Assembly (NCBI GenBank): GCA_905236725.1
Contig: CAJOCT010000001.1
Span: forward strand, 9,646 to 73,645
From: an uncultured Selenomonadaceae bacterium
GTDB taxonomy: Bacteria > Bacillota > Negativicutes > Selenomonadales > Selenomonadaceae
Reading direction: 5' to 3'
DNA length: 64,000 nt
Shown here in pieces: positions 27,445-36,672 of this stretch. Both the position numbers and the translations under genes were made by a program. How positions within the stretch are numbered: position 1 is the stretch's first letter; each line of letters starts with the position of its first letter. The notes below the pieces were generated by a model. It had not been told where the DNA came from. It saw only the letters and a program-made list of their open reading frames with translations, and did not search any database.

Positions 27445-28632
27445 ATGTTTTTCGGTAAGAAAAAGTTCAAACTTGCCGCACTTTTGACGGGCGGTCTTTT
27501 GGCTTGCTCAATGTTTGCGGGTTGCGGCGAACAGTCGGGCGGAGGAAATTCTGCGGCAGGTGATGAAATTGTTGTCGGCTCAAATTTTGAGTTGACGGGC
27601 AATCACGCGCAATACGGCGCAAATGCCGCGAAAGGTTTTAAACTCGCTGTAAAAGAAATTAACGACGCGGGAGGAATTGACGGCAAAAAAATTAAGGTCG
27701 TCGATGCAGACAGCAAATCCGAAGCCGCCGAATCCGTCAACGCCGCCACAAAATTGATTTCCGACGACAAAGTTGTTGCGTTGGTCGGCCCGGCTGTTAC
27801 GGCGAATGTTATTGCTGAATCTCAAGTTGCCGCGGATAATAAAATTCCTGTCATTGCTCCCGCCGCGACCAATCCCGATGTCACTGTTGAAAACGGTCAA
27901 CTCAAAGAATTTATTTTCCGCAGTTGCTTTATCGATCCGCAACAGTCCGAAGTTATGGCGCAATTCGCGGCGAAAGATTTAAACGCGAAAACTGCCGTGC
28001 TCTACCTTGATTCCAGCTCCGATTATTCAAAATCGCTCGGAAAAATTTTCAAGGAAACTTTTGAGGCTGACGGCGGTAAAGTCGTGATGGAAGAGGCTTT
28101 TCTCGCTAAGGACCAAGACTTTAAAGCCGCTTTGACGAAAATTCAGACTGCAAACGCCGATGTTATTTTTGTTCCTGCTTATTACGAAGAAGTCGGGAAA
28201 ATCGTCAAACAGGCTCGCGAACTCGGAATTACCGCGGCGATCCTCGGCACTGACGGCTGGGACGATTCAAAAGTTGTCGAAATCGCAGGCGCGGACGCTT
28301 TGAACAATACTTTTTTCTGCACTCACTATTTTGAAGGCGACGAAGATGTTCAATCTTTCCTGACTGCTTATAAAAATGAATACAAAGAAGAGCCCAACGT
28401 TTTTGCCGCGCTCGGTTATGACGCGGGAAAAATGTTAATCGACGCAATTTCTCGCAGTAAAGGCGATATGTCCAAAATCCGCGAAAATATCGAGACCATA
28501 AAAGATTTGAAAGTCGGCACGGGCGTTATCACTATGGACGCGAAAACTCACAACCCGATTAAAGGCATTGTCGTCATCGAAAACAAAAACGGCTCGCGCG
28601 AACTTAAAACTAAAATTGCTCCCGAAGGTTAA
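27445..28632 (+). CDS. Branched-chain amino acid-type (LivJ/LivK family) substrate-binding lipoprotein, orphan
   Basis: Lipobox FAGCG. IVVGSNFELTGNHAQYGANAAKGFKLAVKEINDAGGIDGKKI is typical of the Leu/Ile/Val-binding family. Start at ATG 27445 (AAAGGAAG SD). Confidence 0.8.
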   Translation: MFFGKKKFKLAALLTGGLLACSMFAGCGEQSGGGNSAAGDEIVVGSNFELTGNHAQYGANAAKGFKLAVKEINDAGGIDGKKIKVVDADSKSEAAESVNAATKLISDDKVVALVGPAVTANVIAESQVAADNKIPVIAPAATNPDVTVENGQLKEFIFRSCFIDPQQSEVMAQFAAKDLNAKTAVLYLDSSSDYSKSLGKIFKETFEADGGKVVMEEAFLAKDQDFKAALTKIQTANADVIFVPAYYEEVGKIVKQARELGITAAILGTDGWDDSKVVEIAGADALNNTFFCTHYFEGDEDVQSFLTAYKNEYKEEPNVFAALGYDAGKMLIDAISRSKGDMSKIRENIETIKDLKVGTGVITMDAKTHNPIKGIVVIENKNGSRELKTKIAPEG

Positions 28633-28644
28633 GGGGGTAATTTT

Positions 28645-29142
28645 ATGAAGAAAAAATTTGCGGCGGCAATGTCCGTCATGATTTTATCTGCCGCAGGTTT
28701 TGTCTGCGCGCCTCAAAATAATTTTTTCGATTCGACTTTGACGAAAGTTGAAGCGGCTCAAAATAACGATCCGAAATTTTCATTCGGCGGAATTTGTCTG
28801 GGAATGAATTTGCAGGAAGTTAAAAATATTCTCGGCGAACCTGTCACTCAAGTTGACGACGACGAATTTATTTTTGCAAACGGTCTGATTGTCGAAGTTC
28901 AAAAGCGCGATAATTCCGTCGAAAAACTCAAAACCCGCAAAGTCGGCGGCTCAACCGATGCGGGCGTTGCAGTCGGCATGTCCGCGCAAAAACTTTCCGA
29001 AATTTACGGAACGGCCGATAAAGTCGAGAATGAGCACGGCAAAACCGAATACAAATATTTCGGCGCAAACGGTATGTATAAAATCGAATTTACCGTTCGT
29101 AACGGAGTTATCGAAAGTATCGAGGCTGAAATCCGTGATTGA
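28645..29142 (+). CDS. Hypothetical secreted protein with two BamE/SmpA-like G.GM...V...G.P repeats
   Basis: N-terminal signal-like segment. Repeated motifs GICLGMNLQEVKNILGEP and GVAVGMSAQKLSEIYGTA. GGGG SD. Confidence 0.5.
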   Translation: MKKKFAAAMSVMILSAAGFVCAPQNNFFDSTLTKVEAAQNNDPKFSFGGICLGMNLQEVKNILGEPVTQVDDDEFIFANGLIVEVQKRDNSVEKLKTRKVGGSTDAGVAVGMSAQKLSEIYGTADKVENEHGKTEYKYFGANGMYKIEFTVRNGVIESIEAEIRD

Positions 29143-29232
29143 CGCAAAAAAATTTTTGTGATAGACTTTCGCGGTTGATTAAGCGTTCCGCTGAAATTTT
29201 TTCATGAACGCGCAGAAAGGGAAGATTTTTTT

Positions 29233-29577
29233 ATGAACATCATCGAAATTCTTGAGAAAGAACAGCTCAAAAAAGACGTTCCGCAGTTTGCGCCCGGCGA
29301 TACCGTCCGCGTGCATGCGAAAATCGTCGAGGGAACTCGTGAACGTATCCAGGTTTTTGAAGGCGTGGTCATCGGTCGTCAAGGCACGGGCGTACGCGAA
29401 ATGTTCACCGTTCGCCGCGTTTCTTACGGCGTTGGCGTTGAGAGAATGTTTCCTGTACATTCTCCGCGCGTCGATAAAATCGAGGTAGTTCGTCGCGGTG
29501 CAGTTCGTCGCGCAAAACTTTACTACCTGCGCAAACTCACGGGTAAAGCCGCGCGTATTAAAGAGAAGAAAAACTGA
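29233..29577 (+). CDS. rplS: 50S ribosomal protein L19
   Basis: [29 protein letters not shown]...[10 protein letters not shown] is canonical L19. Confidence 0.95.
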   Translation: MNIIEILEKEQLKKDVPQFAPGDTVRVHAKIVEGTRERIQVFEGVVIGRQGTGVREMFTVRRVSYGVGVERMFPVHSPRVDKIEVVRRGAVRRAKLYYLRKLTGKAARIKEKKN

Positions 29578-29601
29578 CGCAGAAAATTTTTTGCAAGTAA
29601 A

Positions 29602-29640
29602 AACGGGCAAGGATTTATTTTTCCCTGCCCGTTTTATTTT
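29602..29640. terminator. Bidirectional intrinsic terminator after rplS
   Basis: Stem ACGGGCAAGG-N10-CCCTGCCCGT (one wobble pair), with an A-run before and a T-rich tract after. Confidence 0.65.
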
Positions 29641-29646
29641 TTTCGT

Positions 29647-29961
29647 TCAATAGTGCGGATGAAGTTTGACATATTCAACCGGTCGGCTCCAATCGACATG
29701 CACGCCGGTAGCTTCCCAAAGCCGCGTCATAACGATTTGAAAACTTTCAACATCAGAAGTCGGATCTATTTTTTCTTCCGTGAAGTCAAGTAAAGTTTCG
29801 TGAGGAACGGCAATAATATGAACTTGCGACAAAAAATTTTCGGTCTTTTGTTTGCCCTCTTCGTCATTTAAGAAGACGTTTATTTTTTTCTCCGCCGCGT
29901 CGTACTCGACGTAACCGAGATTATCTTTATAACTGATTGCCACGCTGAAATTTTTTTCCAA
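29647..29961 (-). CDS. Hypothetical 104-aa protein
   Basis: ORF with plausible coding composition. No motif recognised. Confidence 0.45.
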   Translation of the reverse strand: MEKNFSVAISYKDNLGYVEYDAAEKKINVFLNDEEGKQKTENFLSQVHIIAVPHETLLDFTEEKIDPTSDVESFQIVMTRLWEATGVHVDWSRPVEYVKLHPHY

Positions 29962-29978
29962 AATTTTCGCGCTCCCTT

Positions 29979-30863
29979 CTATGTTGCGTCGTGAAAAAGT
30001 GCTTTGACGAATTTAAAAAAATGCAGACACAGCGGCGAAAGTTCCCTGAATTTACTGCCCGCAAGCGATACGGCGAATTTTATCGGCGGATTTATCGGCA
30101 CTGCTTCAAATTTCGCCGATTTTTCTATTGCGAACTTCGGCAAGAGCGAAATTGCCGCGCCGTTCGCCACAAGGTCTTTAATCGTTTTGAACTGCGAAGT
30201 TGTCAGCAAAACTTTCGGTGAAAAACCCGCCTCCGCCGCTCTCTCAATCGTCACAAAATTTTGAAATGTGCCGCCGGGTTGCAGAATAAATTTTTCTTCG
30301 CGCAGTTCGTCAAATGAAATTTGTTTTTCGCCTGCAAGTCTATGAGTTGTCGGCAAACACAAATAAAATTCGTCCTCCAACAAAGTGAAAAATTTTTCGG
30401 AATGTTCTTCGGGATTTAAAAAAATTATTCCGAAATCCAATTCACCGCCGTCCAATTTTTCGCGAATTGCGTTTGAATCTCCGAACTCCTGCAGTTCCAA
30501 AAAAATTTCCGGATTTGCCGCCGTAAACTTTACAAAAAAATTCGGGAAAAGATAAGATTCAATCATCGGCGGTACGCCCAATTTTATTGCGCCGCTTTTC
30601 GGAACTCTGAATCTTTCCATGCTGACATGCGCCGCTTGAACGTCCTGCATAATTTTTTTTGCATGAATTAAGAAAACTTGCCCTGCCTCCGTCAAACAAA
30701 CGTGTTTTTGTCTTCGGTCGAAAAGTTCCAAATTCAATTCCGATTCGAGTGATCGCACGGTTTTTGTCACCGACGGCTGTGAAATGTGAAGGAGTTGCGC
30801 CGCCTTCGTAAAATTTTCCAGCGAACTTACCGCGCAAAAACATTCAAGCTGTCGCAGTTCCAT
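29979..30863 (-). CDS. LysR-family transcriptional regulator
   Basis: MELRQLECFCAVSSLENFTKAAQLLHISQPSVTKTVRSLESELNLELFDR is the LysR wHTH. Start set to ATG 30863. Confidence 0.85.
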   Translation of the reverse strand: MELRQLECFCAVSSLENFTKAAQLLHISQPSVTKTVRSLESELNLELFDRRQKHVCLTEAGQVFLIHAKKIMQDVQAAHVSMERFRVPKSGAIKLGVPPMIESYLFPNFFVKFTAANPEIFLELQEFGDSNAIREKLDGGELDFGIIFLNPEEHSEKFFTLLEDEFYLCLPTTHRLAGEKQISFDELREEKFILQPGGTFQNFVTIERAAEAGFSPKVLLTTSQFKTIKDLVANGAAISLLPKFAIEKSAKFEAVPINPPIKFAVSLAGSKFRELSPLCLHFFKFVKALFHDAT

Positions 30864-30950
30864 TTTTTCACCGCTTCGCAATTCAAAAAATTTTCAATGA
30901 TATTTCGGCAGAAAATAAAATAAATCCTGCCATTGCCGCCCTGTGCCGAA

Positions 30951-33900
30951 TTAAGATTTTTTCTTGTCACTTTCGCGAACGATTACGCCGATTCTGTCCA
31001 AACCTTTCAAGTAAAAATCCAGCGCGTTGCCGTTGAAAGTGTTGCAGTATTCGTCGTCGATTGAGAAAATTTTTTTGAGGTCGTCGGAAATAATATTTTC
31101 GTCCTGCACAAAAAATTTTACCCAAGCATCAGAAAAATCGAAATCAATCGGCGTTTTTAAAATGTATTCGCCGAAAATATTCAGGACGTCGCGGCAAAAA
31201 TCTTTTATGCCCTCATGAACTTCGCGAATTTCTTCAATAAAATTCTGTCCCGGTTCCGGCTCTCCGAAAATCGGCTTGCCTTCTGCGTCGAAAGAATTTA
31301 ATTGCGCGTCGGGAGCAGTCAAAACCGCCTCAAACAAAAGTTGATACTGATAAATCGATGACTTTGTAGTTTCGTAATCGTCATTTTCGGTAAAACATCC
31401 GCGCAAAAATTCATCAGAATTTTTTCCGAAACGATTTTTATCACTCGTCGCGAAATAGTAGCCTTTAAAATCTTTTCTCGTCAATCGTTGCAAGTAATAT
31501 TGAATCGTGCCGGAATAACCCATATCAACCACTCCGACTTCCTCCAAATTAGCGCCAAGACTTTCGATATATTTTAAATAATTGTCACGCTCGGTTTTCG
31601 CGTGTTCAAGAATTTTTGCGGAATTTTTTTCAATGATATTTTTGACAACGTCGGAATCTTTTTCGGGAAGAGAAATTTTTTCATTTCCGCCGATTTCCAG
31701 ACCGAATCGCACGTCAAAAAATTTTTTCGTCGTGCCGTCAAATTTCAGTTTAACAAGTTCATTTGCCTGTTCAAGATTTTTAATCGACGCAACCGTTACC
31801 GCCCGCCGTGACGAATAGAAATAATTACTCGGCAGTCCTTCGACGTTCAAAAGTTCGGTTACAAGTTTATAAAGCGGTTGCAAAAAATATCCGTCCCGCG
31901 CGAAAAATAAAAGTCGCCTGATTTTATCTTCGCCTGATTTTTTTATCAGCCACAACATAAAAGTTAAAAGCGGCACCCCGTAAAACCAATAACCCAGATC
32001 GCGGAAATTTTTTATAATCAATTTTCCGCCGTGCCCCGAAGAATTTTTCAGTTGAAAGGGACTTTGAAATTTTTTCGCAAGAATCATTCCAAGCATCATT
32101 CCCGCGTAAAGTGACATTTTCCGCCCGAGATGCTTTAAGAGATTTCGACCGAAAGGAATTTGCGAAAATAAATTTCTCGCGCTCATAACGTGGTAAGCGA
32201 AAATAATTCTGTCGCTCGGGAATTGAATGTCGCTCATTTCGTTGTCGCCGATGTGAATCAATTTTCCATGCGTAAAACCTTTTTCGACAAGGTGATCCCA
32301 AATTTCCGCAGTGTCTTTTCTCATTCCGACTTCGCAGGAAATCATAATTTTTTCGTAACCGTCGATGCCGCACTTGCTCAAAAGTTCTTTTATCGCGGGC
32401 GTTTGCAAGTACATATCGGAAATCAGCCAAATTTCCCTGTTGAGAGAAAGAATTTGCTTGAACCAATCGACAACTTTTTCGCGCGGCAAAGTCAATTCTG
32501 CTTCGGTAGAAATTTCAAGGTCGCGGATTTTTTCGCAGGTCTCTTCGTCAAATTTCGTAAGTTCGGAAAAACTTTTATAAATATCGTCAAGAGTTACGTC
32601 GCGGGAAAGTTTTTTTCGAGCGTCCTCCTCCGCCTGAAGCCTGAATTTCGGGAAGTCAAAATTTCTTTCCAGAAGTTCTTCGACTTTTATTTTGATAAGT
32701 TCGTTGACGAGGTACGGCTCGGCAACATATCGCATCAAAAGCGTATCGAAAATATCGAAGGAAATAATTTCGCCGTGATCCAAAACCCATTGAATTTCCG
32801 TTTCGTTATGCCCGAAATATTGCCACATATTTCTGCCGCCGATGTTTACGGTGTAAGAATCGTTTTCGGGATTAAATTCATAAAAATTCATTCCCTCCGA
32901 CAAAGTTGTCAGCGCGACGGACCTTTCAAAGGCGTGGGCAATCGTGCCGTCATTTTGTCCGCGCTCTTCGGGAAAATCTTCAATCGTCAAATTCGAGGAA
33001 AAAAATTTTCTCAACGCCTTCGACCTCGCCCAAAACATCGTACCCGCGGGAAAGTCGAAATAATTTGTAGTGTTCAAAGGCACGCCGATTTTGTTCAGCA
33101 GATAATAACCTGCCTTTTGATTTGAAAGCCAAGTGAAGGCCGCGTAAGGGACATTTTCGGCGGGGGCGGGATAAATCAAACCGACTTTTCTGTCATCGTT
33201 AAAGGCCTTGAAAATTTTTTTAATTCGCGCGGAATCTCCCAAAAGTGCGTCAAAAAGATAATGTCGCCATTTTTTTTGCTCGGAACCGGTGTAGAGAGAT
33301 TTTTTTGAGTGAACGTGTGCGATAAAATTGTAATTCGGCAAAATATCCCCGAAACCGATTATAAACGGCGCAACGTCCCGCCCGCGATTCGGCACAACTC
33401 GCACAATGCATTTTTCGACGTTTGGAATTTTTTCAAAGGTCTCTTGAACTTTTTCCCGCGCAGAAGAGTCGATTATAGAAATTAACGCGTCGAATTTGTA
33501 AGGCATATTGGAAAAATATTCCGCAATTTCTTCAAGTAAATCCAGATAAAAAATATGCGCCTGAATTGCGATTTTTCCCGGCTGCGTTTTAAGTTCGCCG
33601 ACAAAAAATTTTGAGTGTGAAATTTCGTCGAAAGGTTTTTGCGGCGGATTTTGCGCATCGTTCCAATCCCGATAATGCCGAGTATTTTTTATGAACGGCG
33701 CAAAACTCGTATAAAATTTATTTTTCAAACCGATTTTTGTTTCTTCGGAAATCGGCGCAACTTTATAAACCGCGCGGGCAATTTCCAACGCCTTATCTTT
33801 TTTATCTTTTTTCATCCAATCGCCGAATTTTCTCAAAGGCTCGGTAATTTTCCAAGAATTTGAATTTAACAGAGTTTCGACAGTTTTATTCAAATTTAAA

Positions 33901-35414
33901 ATATGCTTGTCAAGTTCTTCAATGTGGCGTTCAAGGTCTGAATTTTGGCGTTCAAGGTTCGAATTTTGGCGTTCAAGGTCTGATTTTTTCCGCTGTAAAT
34001 TTTTATTTTGCGAAGACAAAGAATTAAATTCGCGGTTTAAAATCTCGGGATAATTTTTTTCGCGTTTACCTTGAACCTCAAAAATAATTTTTCCGCTCAA
34101 ATTATCGACTTGAAAAATAAATTGCGGGTCGGCGGTGATGAATCGATAAAAACCGTTTGAAATACTCCCCGCATTGATGCCAAAAATTTTTTGCTCAACG
34201 CCGTTAATTTTCACGCTGTTAAGTTTGACGGAAATAACATTGTTGTCGGGGTCGAAGCGCAAAAATTTCACGGGCTTTTCGGAAAAAATTTCTGCCTTGC
34301 CGATAAAATTCCCCTCGCCGTCAACATAAAAAAATTTTTCTCCCGCAAGATTAAAATTTTTTTCATCATCGCCAAGAAAAATTTCGGAATGAATCATCGA
34401 CATTTTTTGCGCAAGGTTGAAAACGTCAAATTTGCCGCTGTCGAACAAAAAAGTTTTTTCGTCGTAGTTGTAAAGTTTTTTAATCTGCGCGGAAGTTTTT
34501 TCATCGCTCAAAAGATTTTTCAAAATTTCCAGACCGATTAACTTGTAAGAAATTCTCGCCTCACCGAAACAAATTTGGGCGAAGGCAAAATTTCTGTTAA
34601 ATTCTCCGCCGATAACAAATTTTTTTGCTTCGGGAAAGACTTCAAGAAAAAATTTGTCGTCCGTGAACTCGTCAAAAAAATTCCGCGCAATCAAAAAAAA
34701 TTCAGACTCCGCACGAACCAATTTGTCAAAAGTCGAGGCGGACATATTGTCTTGAGTTTTTCGGCGCAGTCTGAATTTCGTCAACTTTTCGGGCAAAATA
34801 TAAAAATTTTCGTGAAAGCAAAGTTTTATCCACATAAAATAATCTGGCAACTGCCACAGCCCGAAAAAATCCAGCAAATTATATTTTTCGTAAATTTCGC
34901 GGCGAATCATCAAACTCGGGTGACAAAGACAGTTCGCGTTGTAGAAAAAATATTTCAGCCACTCCGCCCGCGTCCGATTTTCTTGGTCAAAAACTTTTTT
35001 ATAATAATCGTCGTCGGCAAGTTCATGATAATTGCTTTTCTCGTCGATAAAATTAACTCGGGTGAAACAGGCGGCGTATTCTTCGTGCGCGTCGAGAAAA
35101 TCGACTTGAGTTTCCAATTTATTTTTTTCCCAAGCGTCGTCGGAATGGTGAATGGCGATATATTTTCCCCGCGAATTTTTTACCGCCTCAGTCAAAATAA
35201 TTCTCGGTCCGCGATTTTCTTCGTACAAAAAAAATTTTATTCTCGGGTCGTCGAAAGTTTTTATAATTTCGCGGCTGTTATCCCTTGAGCCGTCGTCGAA
35301 AATCAAAAGTTCAAAGTCCGTAAAAGTTTGGTCGAGTGCGCTTTGAATCGCCTCCGCAATATAATTCGCGTGATTGTAGCTGGATAAAATTATACTGACT
35401 GTCGGTTCACTCAT
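30951..35414 (-). CDS. 1487-aa multidomain glycan-biosynthesis protein: GT2, coiled-coil repeat, RgpF-like (rhamnan synthesis F) domain, HAD-like modules
   Basis: N-terminal VSIILSSYNHANYIAEAIQSALDQTFTDFELLIFDDGSRDNS (GT2). LERQNS heptad repeats. AIQAHIFYLDLL...VVPNRGRDVAPF...IAHVHSKKS (RgpF-like). ISFDIFDTLLMR and FFARDGYF (HAD-like). 4-nt overlap with the upstream degT-like gene. Confidence 0.75.
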   Translation of the reverse strand: MSEPTVSIILSSYNHANYIAEAIQSALDQTFTDFELLIFDDGSRDNSREIIKTFDDPRIKFFLYEENRGPRIILTEAVKNSRGKYIAIHHSDDAWEKNKLETQVDFLDAHEEYAACFTRVNFIDEKSNYHELADDDYYKKVFDQENRTRAEWLKYFFYNANCLCHPSLMIRREIYEKYNLLDFFGLWQLPDYFMWIKLCFHENFYILPEKLTKFRLRRKTQDNMSASTFDKLVRAESEFFLIARNFFDEFTDDKFFLEVFPEAKKFVIGGEFNRNFAFAQICFGEARISYKLIGLEILKNLLSDEKTSAQIKKLYNYDEKTFLFDSGKFDVFNLAQKMSMIHSEIFLGDDEKNFNLAGEKFFYVDGEGNFIGKAEIFSEKPVKFLRFDPDNNVISVKLNSVKINGVEQKIFGINAGSISNGFYRFITADPQFIFQVDNLSGKIIFEVQGKREKNYPEILNREFNSLSSQNKNLQRKKSDLERQNSNLERQNSDLERHIEELDKHILNLNKTVETLLNSNSWKITEPLRKFGDWMKKDKKDKALEIARAVYKVAPISEETKIGLKNKFYTSFAPFIKNTRHYRDWNDAQNPPQKPFDEISHSKFFVGELKTQPGKIAIQAHIFYLDLLEEIAEYFSNMPYKFDALISIIDSSAREKVQETFEKIPNVEKCIVRVVPNRGRDVAPFIIGFGDILPNYNFIAHVHSKKSLYTGSEQKKWRHYLFDALLGDSARIKKIFKAFNDDRKVGLIYPAPAENVPYAAFTWLSNQKAGYYLLNKIGVPLNTTNYFDFPAGTMFWARSKALRKFFSSNLTIEDFPEERGQNDGTIAHAFERSVALTTLSEGMNFYEFNPENDSYTVNIGGRNMWQYFGHNETEIQWVLDHGEIISFDIFDTLLMRYVAEPYLVNELIKIKVEELLERNFDFPKFRLQAEEDARKKLSRDVTLDDIYKSFSELTKFDEETCEKIRDLEISTEAELTLPREKVVDWFKQILSLNREIWLISDMYLQTPAIKELLSKCGIDGYEKIMISCEVGMRKDTAEIWDHLVEKGFTHGKLIHIGDNEMSDIQFPSDRIIFAYHVMSARNLFSQIPFGRNLLKHLGRKMSLYAGMMLGMILAKKFQSPFQLKNSSGHGGKLIIKNFRDLGYWFYGVPLLTFMLWLIKKSGEDKIRRLLFFARDGYFLQPLYKLVTELLNVEGLPSNYFYSSRRAVTVASIKNLEQANELVKLKFDGTTKKFFDVRFGLEIGGNEKISLPEKDSDVVKNIIEKNSAKILEHAKTERDNYLKYIESLGANLEEVGVVDMGYSGTIQYYLQRLTRKDFKGYYFATSDKNRFGKNSDEFLRGCFTENDDYETTKSSIYQYQLLFEAVLTAPDAQLNSFDAEGKPIFGEPEPGQNFIEEIREVHEGIKDFCRDVLNIFGEYILKTPIDFDFSDAWVKFFVQDENIISDDLKKIFSIDDEYCNTFNGNALDFYLKGLDRIGVIVRESDKKKS
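33925..33987 (-). repeat. 3 x 21-bp in-frame tandem repeat inside the giant glycosyltransferase gene
   Basis: Units TGGCGTTCAAGGTCTGAATTT / TGGCGTTCAAGGTTCGAATTT / TGGCGTTCAAGGTCTGATTTT on the plus strand. They encode the DLERQNS/NLERQNS/DLERHIE heptads. Confidence 0.85.
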
Positions 35415-36559
35415 TTATTTCGCTCCTTCCTCATAGATTTTAAAATCCCGCAAATTTTTCTGACGTCGTCTTCCGAAAGTTCTCCGTACATCGGCATTGA
35501 CAAAACTTGCTTGCCGATAACATTCGCGACGGGCAAATTTTCCGGCGACGCGGAATTTAATTGGCGGTAACAGGTGAACTCACTGCAGAGCGGGTGAAAA
35601 TATTTTCGCGTGAAGACGTTATAATTTTTGAACTCGTCATAAACTTCATCGCGACTCCTGCCGAAGATTTTTTCGTCGATCCGAATTACATAATATTGAT
35701 AATTCAGCTTAAAATTTTCTCCGCACTTCGGCATAAGTTTAATTCCTTCGACTTCGCCAAGTTCTTCATCGTAAATTTTATGCAGAGCAATTCTCTTCTG
35801 TCGCTCGCCTTCGACGTAATTCAACATAATTCTGCCGATTGCCGCGCTGATTTCGTTAAGTTTGCCGTTAATTCCGGGCATAACAACTTCATCTTCGTTT
35901 TTGATTCCGAAATTTTTTAAAAGGTCGATTCGCGCTTTTAAATTTTTATCGCCGTGAACAAGTGCGCCGCCTTCGACTGTGTGATAAAGTTTCGTCGCGT
36001 GAAAACTGAACATTGAAATATCGCCGAAAGTCCCGATTCCCTGCCCGTCAATTTCCACGCCGAAAGCATGCGCCGCATCGTAAATAACTTTTAAGCCGTA
36101 ACGGTCGGCAACCTCCTGAATTTTTTCGACGTTGCAAGGAGTTCCGAAAACGTGAACAGCCAAAATTGCGGACGTTCGAGGCGTTATCATCGACTCAATT
36201 TTTTCCGCGTCAATGTTCATGGTCTCTTCATCTGCGTCGCAAAAAATCGGCTGAATATTATTCCAGCTCAAAACGTGCGGGGTTGCGGCGAAGGTGAACG
36301 GCGTTGTTATGATGTCGCCTTGAAGTCTCAAACTTTGACAAGCAACAATCAGCGCGATTGTCCCGTTGTTGAAAAGCGAAAGGTACGGCACTTTTAAAAA
36401 ATCCGTGAGTTCTTTTTCCAACATATAATGTTGCGGGCCGTTATTCGTCAGCCATTTCGCCCGCCAAATATCTTCAAGTTTTTTCGTGACTTCTTCGATC
36501 GTCGGGAAAACCGGGCGCGTTACATAAATATTCTCTGTGAACGGTTCAAAGTTCGGCAA
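35411..36559 (-). CDS. DegT/DnrJ/EryC1/StrS-family sugar aminotransferase
   Basis: PLP-lysine context SFHATKLYHTVEGGALV. Family-typical GTIALIVA and DAAHAFG. Likely TTG start at 36559, 8 nt after GAGGAGG; ORF-track start is 36643. Confidence 0.85.
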   Translation of the reverse strand: MPNFEPFTENIYVTRPVFPTIEEVTKKLEDIWRAKWLTNNGPQHYMLEKELTDFLKVPYLSLFNNGTIALIVACQSLRLQGDIITTPFTFAATPHVLSWNNIQPIFCDADEETMNIDAEKIESMITPRTSAILAVHVFGTPCNVEKIQEVADRYGLKVIYDAAHAFGVEIDGQGIGTFGDISMFSFHATKLYHTVEGGALVHGDKNLKARIDLLKNFGIKNEDEVVMPGINGKLNEISAAIGRIMLNYVEGERQKRIALHKIYDEELGEVEGIKLMPKCGENFKLNYQYYVIRIDEKIFGRSRDEVYDEFKNYNVFTRKYFHPLCSEFTCYRQLNSASPENLPVANVIGKQVLSMPMYGELSEDDVRKICGILKSMRKERNK

Positions 36560-36672
36560 AATAAAAACCTCCTCAAAATGCGTACTGTTTTGAGTTTCAA
36601 TTTTACGGAAAACGATAAACTTGTCAATGCGTATTCGTTGCAAAAAAAAACGAAATTGCCAAATTTTTTACT

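Noticed and set aside
33925-33987. Possible CRISPR-like repeat (three 21-bp repeats)
   Set aside because: The repeats are directly adjacent with no spacers. They are in frame inside a coding region and encode a coiled-coil heptad. No cas genes are present.
32190-35288. Plus-strand ORFs of 311 aa (32190-33125), 116 aa and 237 aa (34575-35288) inside the giant glycosyltransferase gene
   Set aside because: All are antisense to a continuous 1487-aa ORF with clear GT2/RgpF motifs. Their translations are F/K/N/R-rich and lack motifs.
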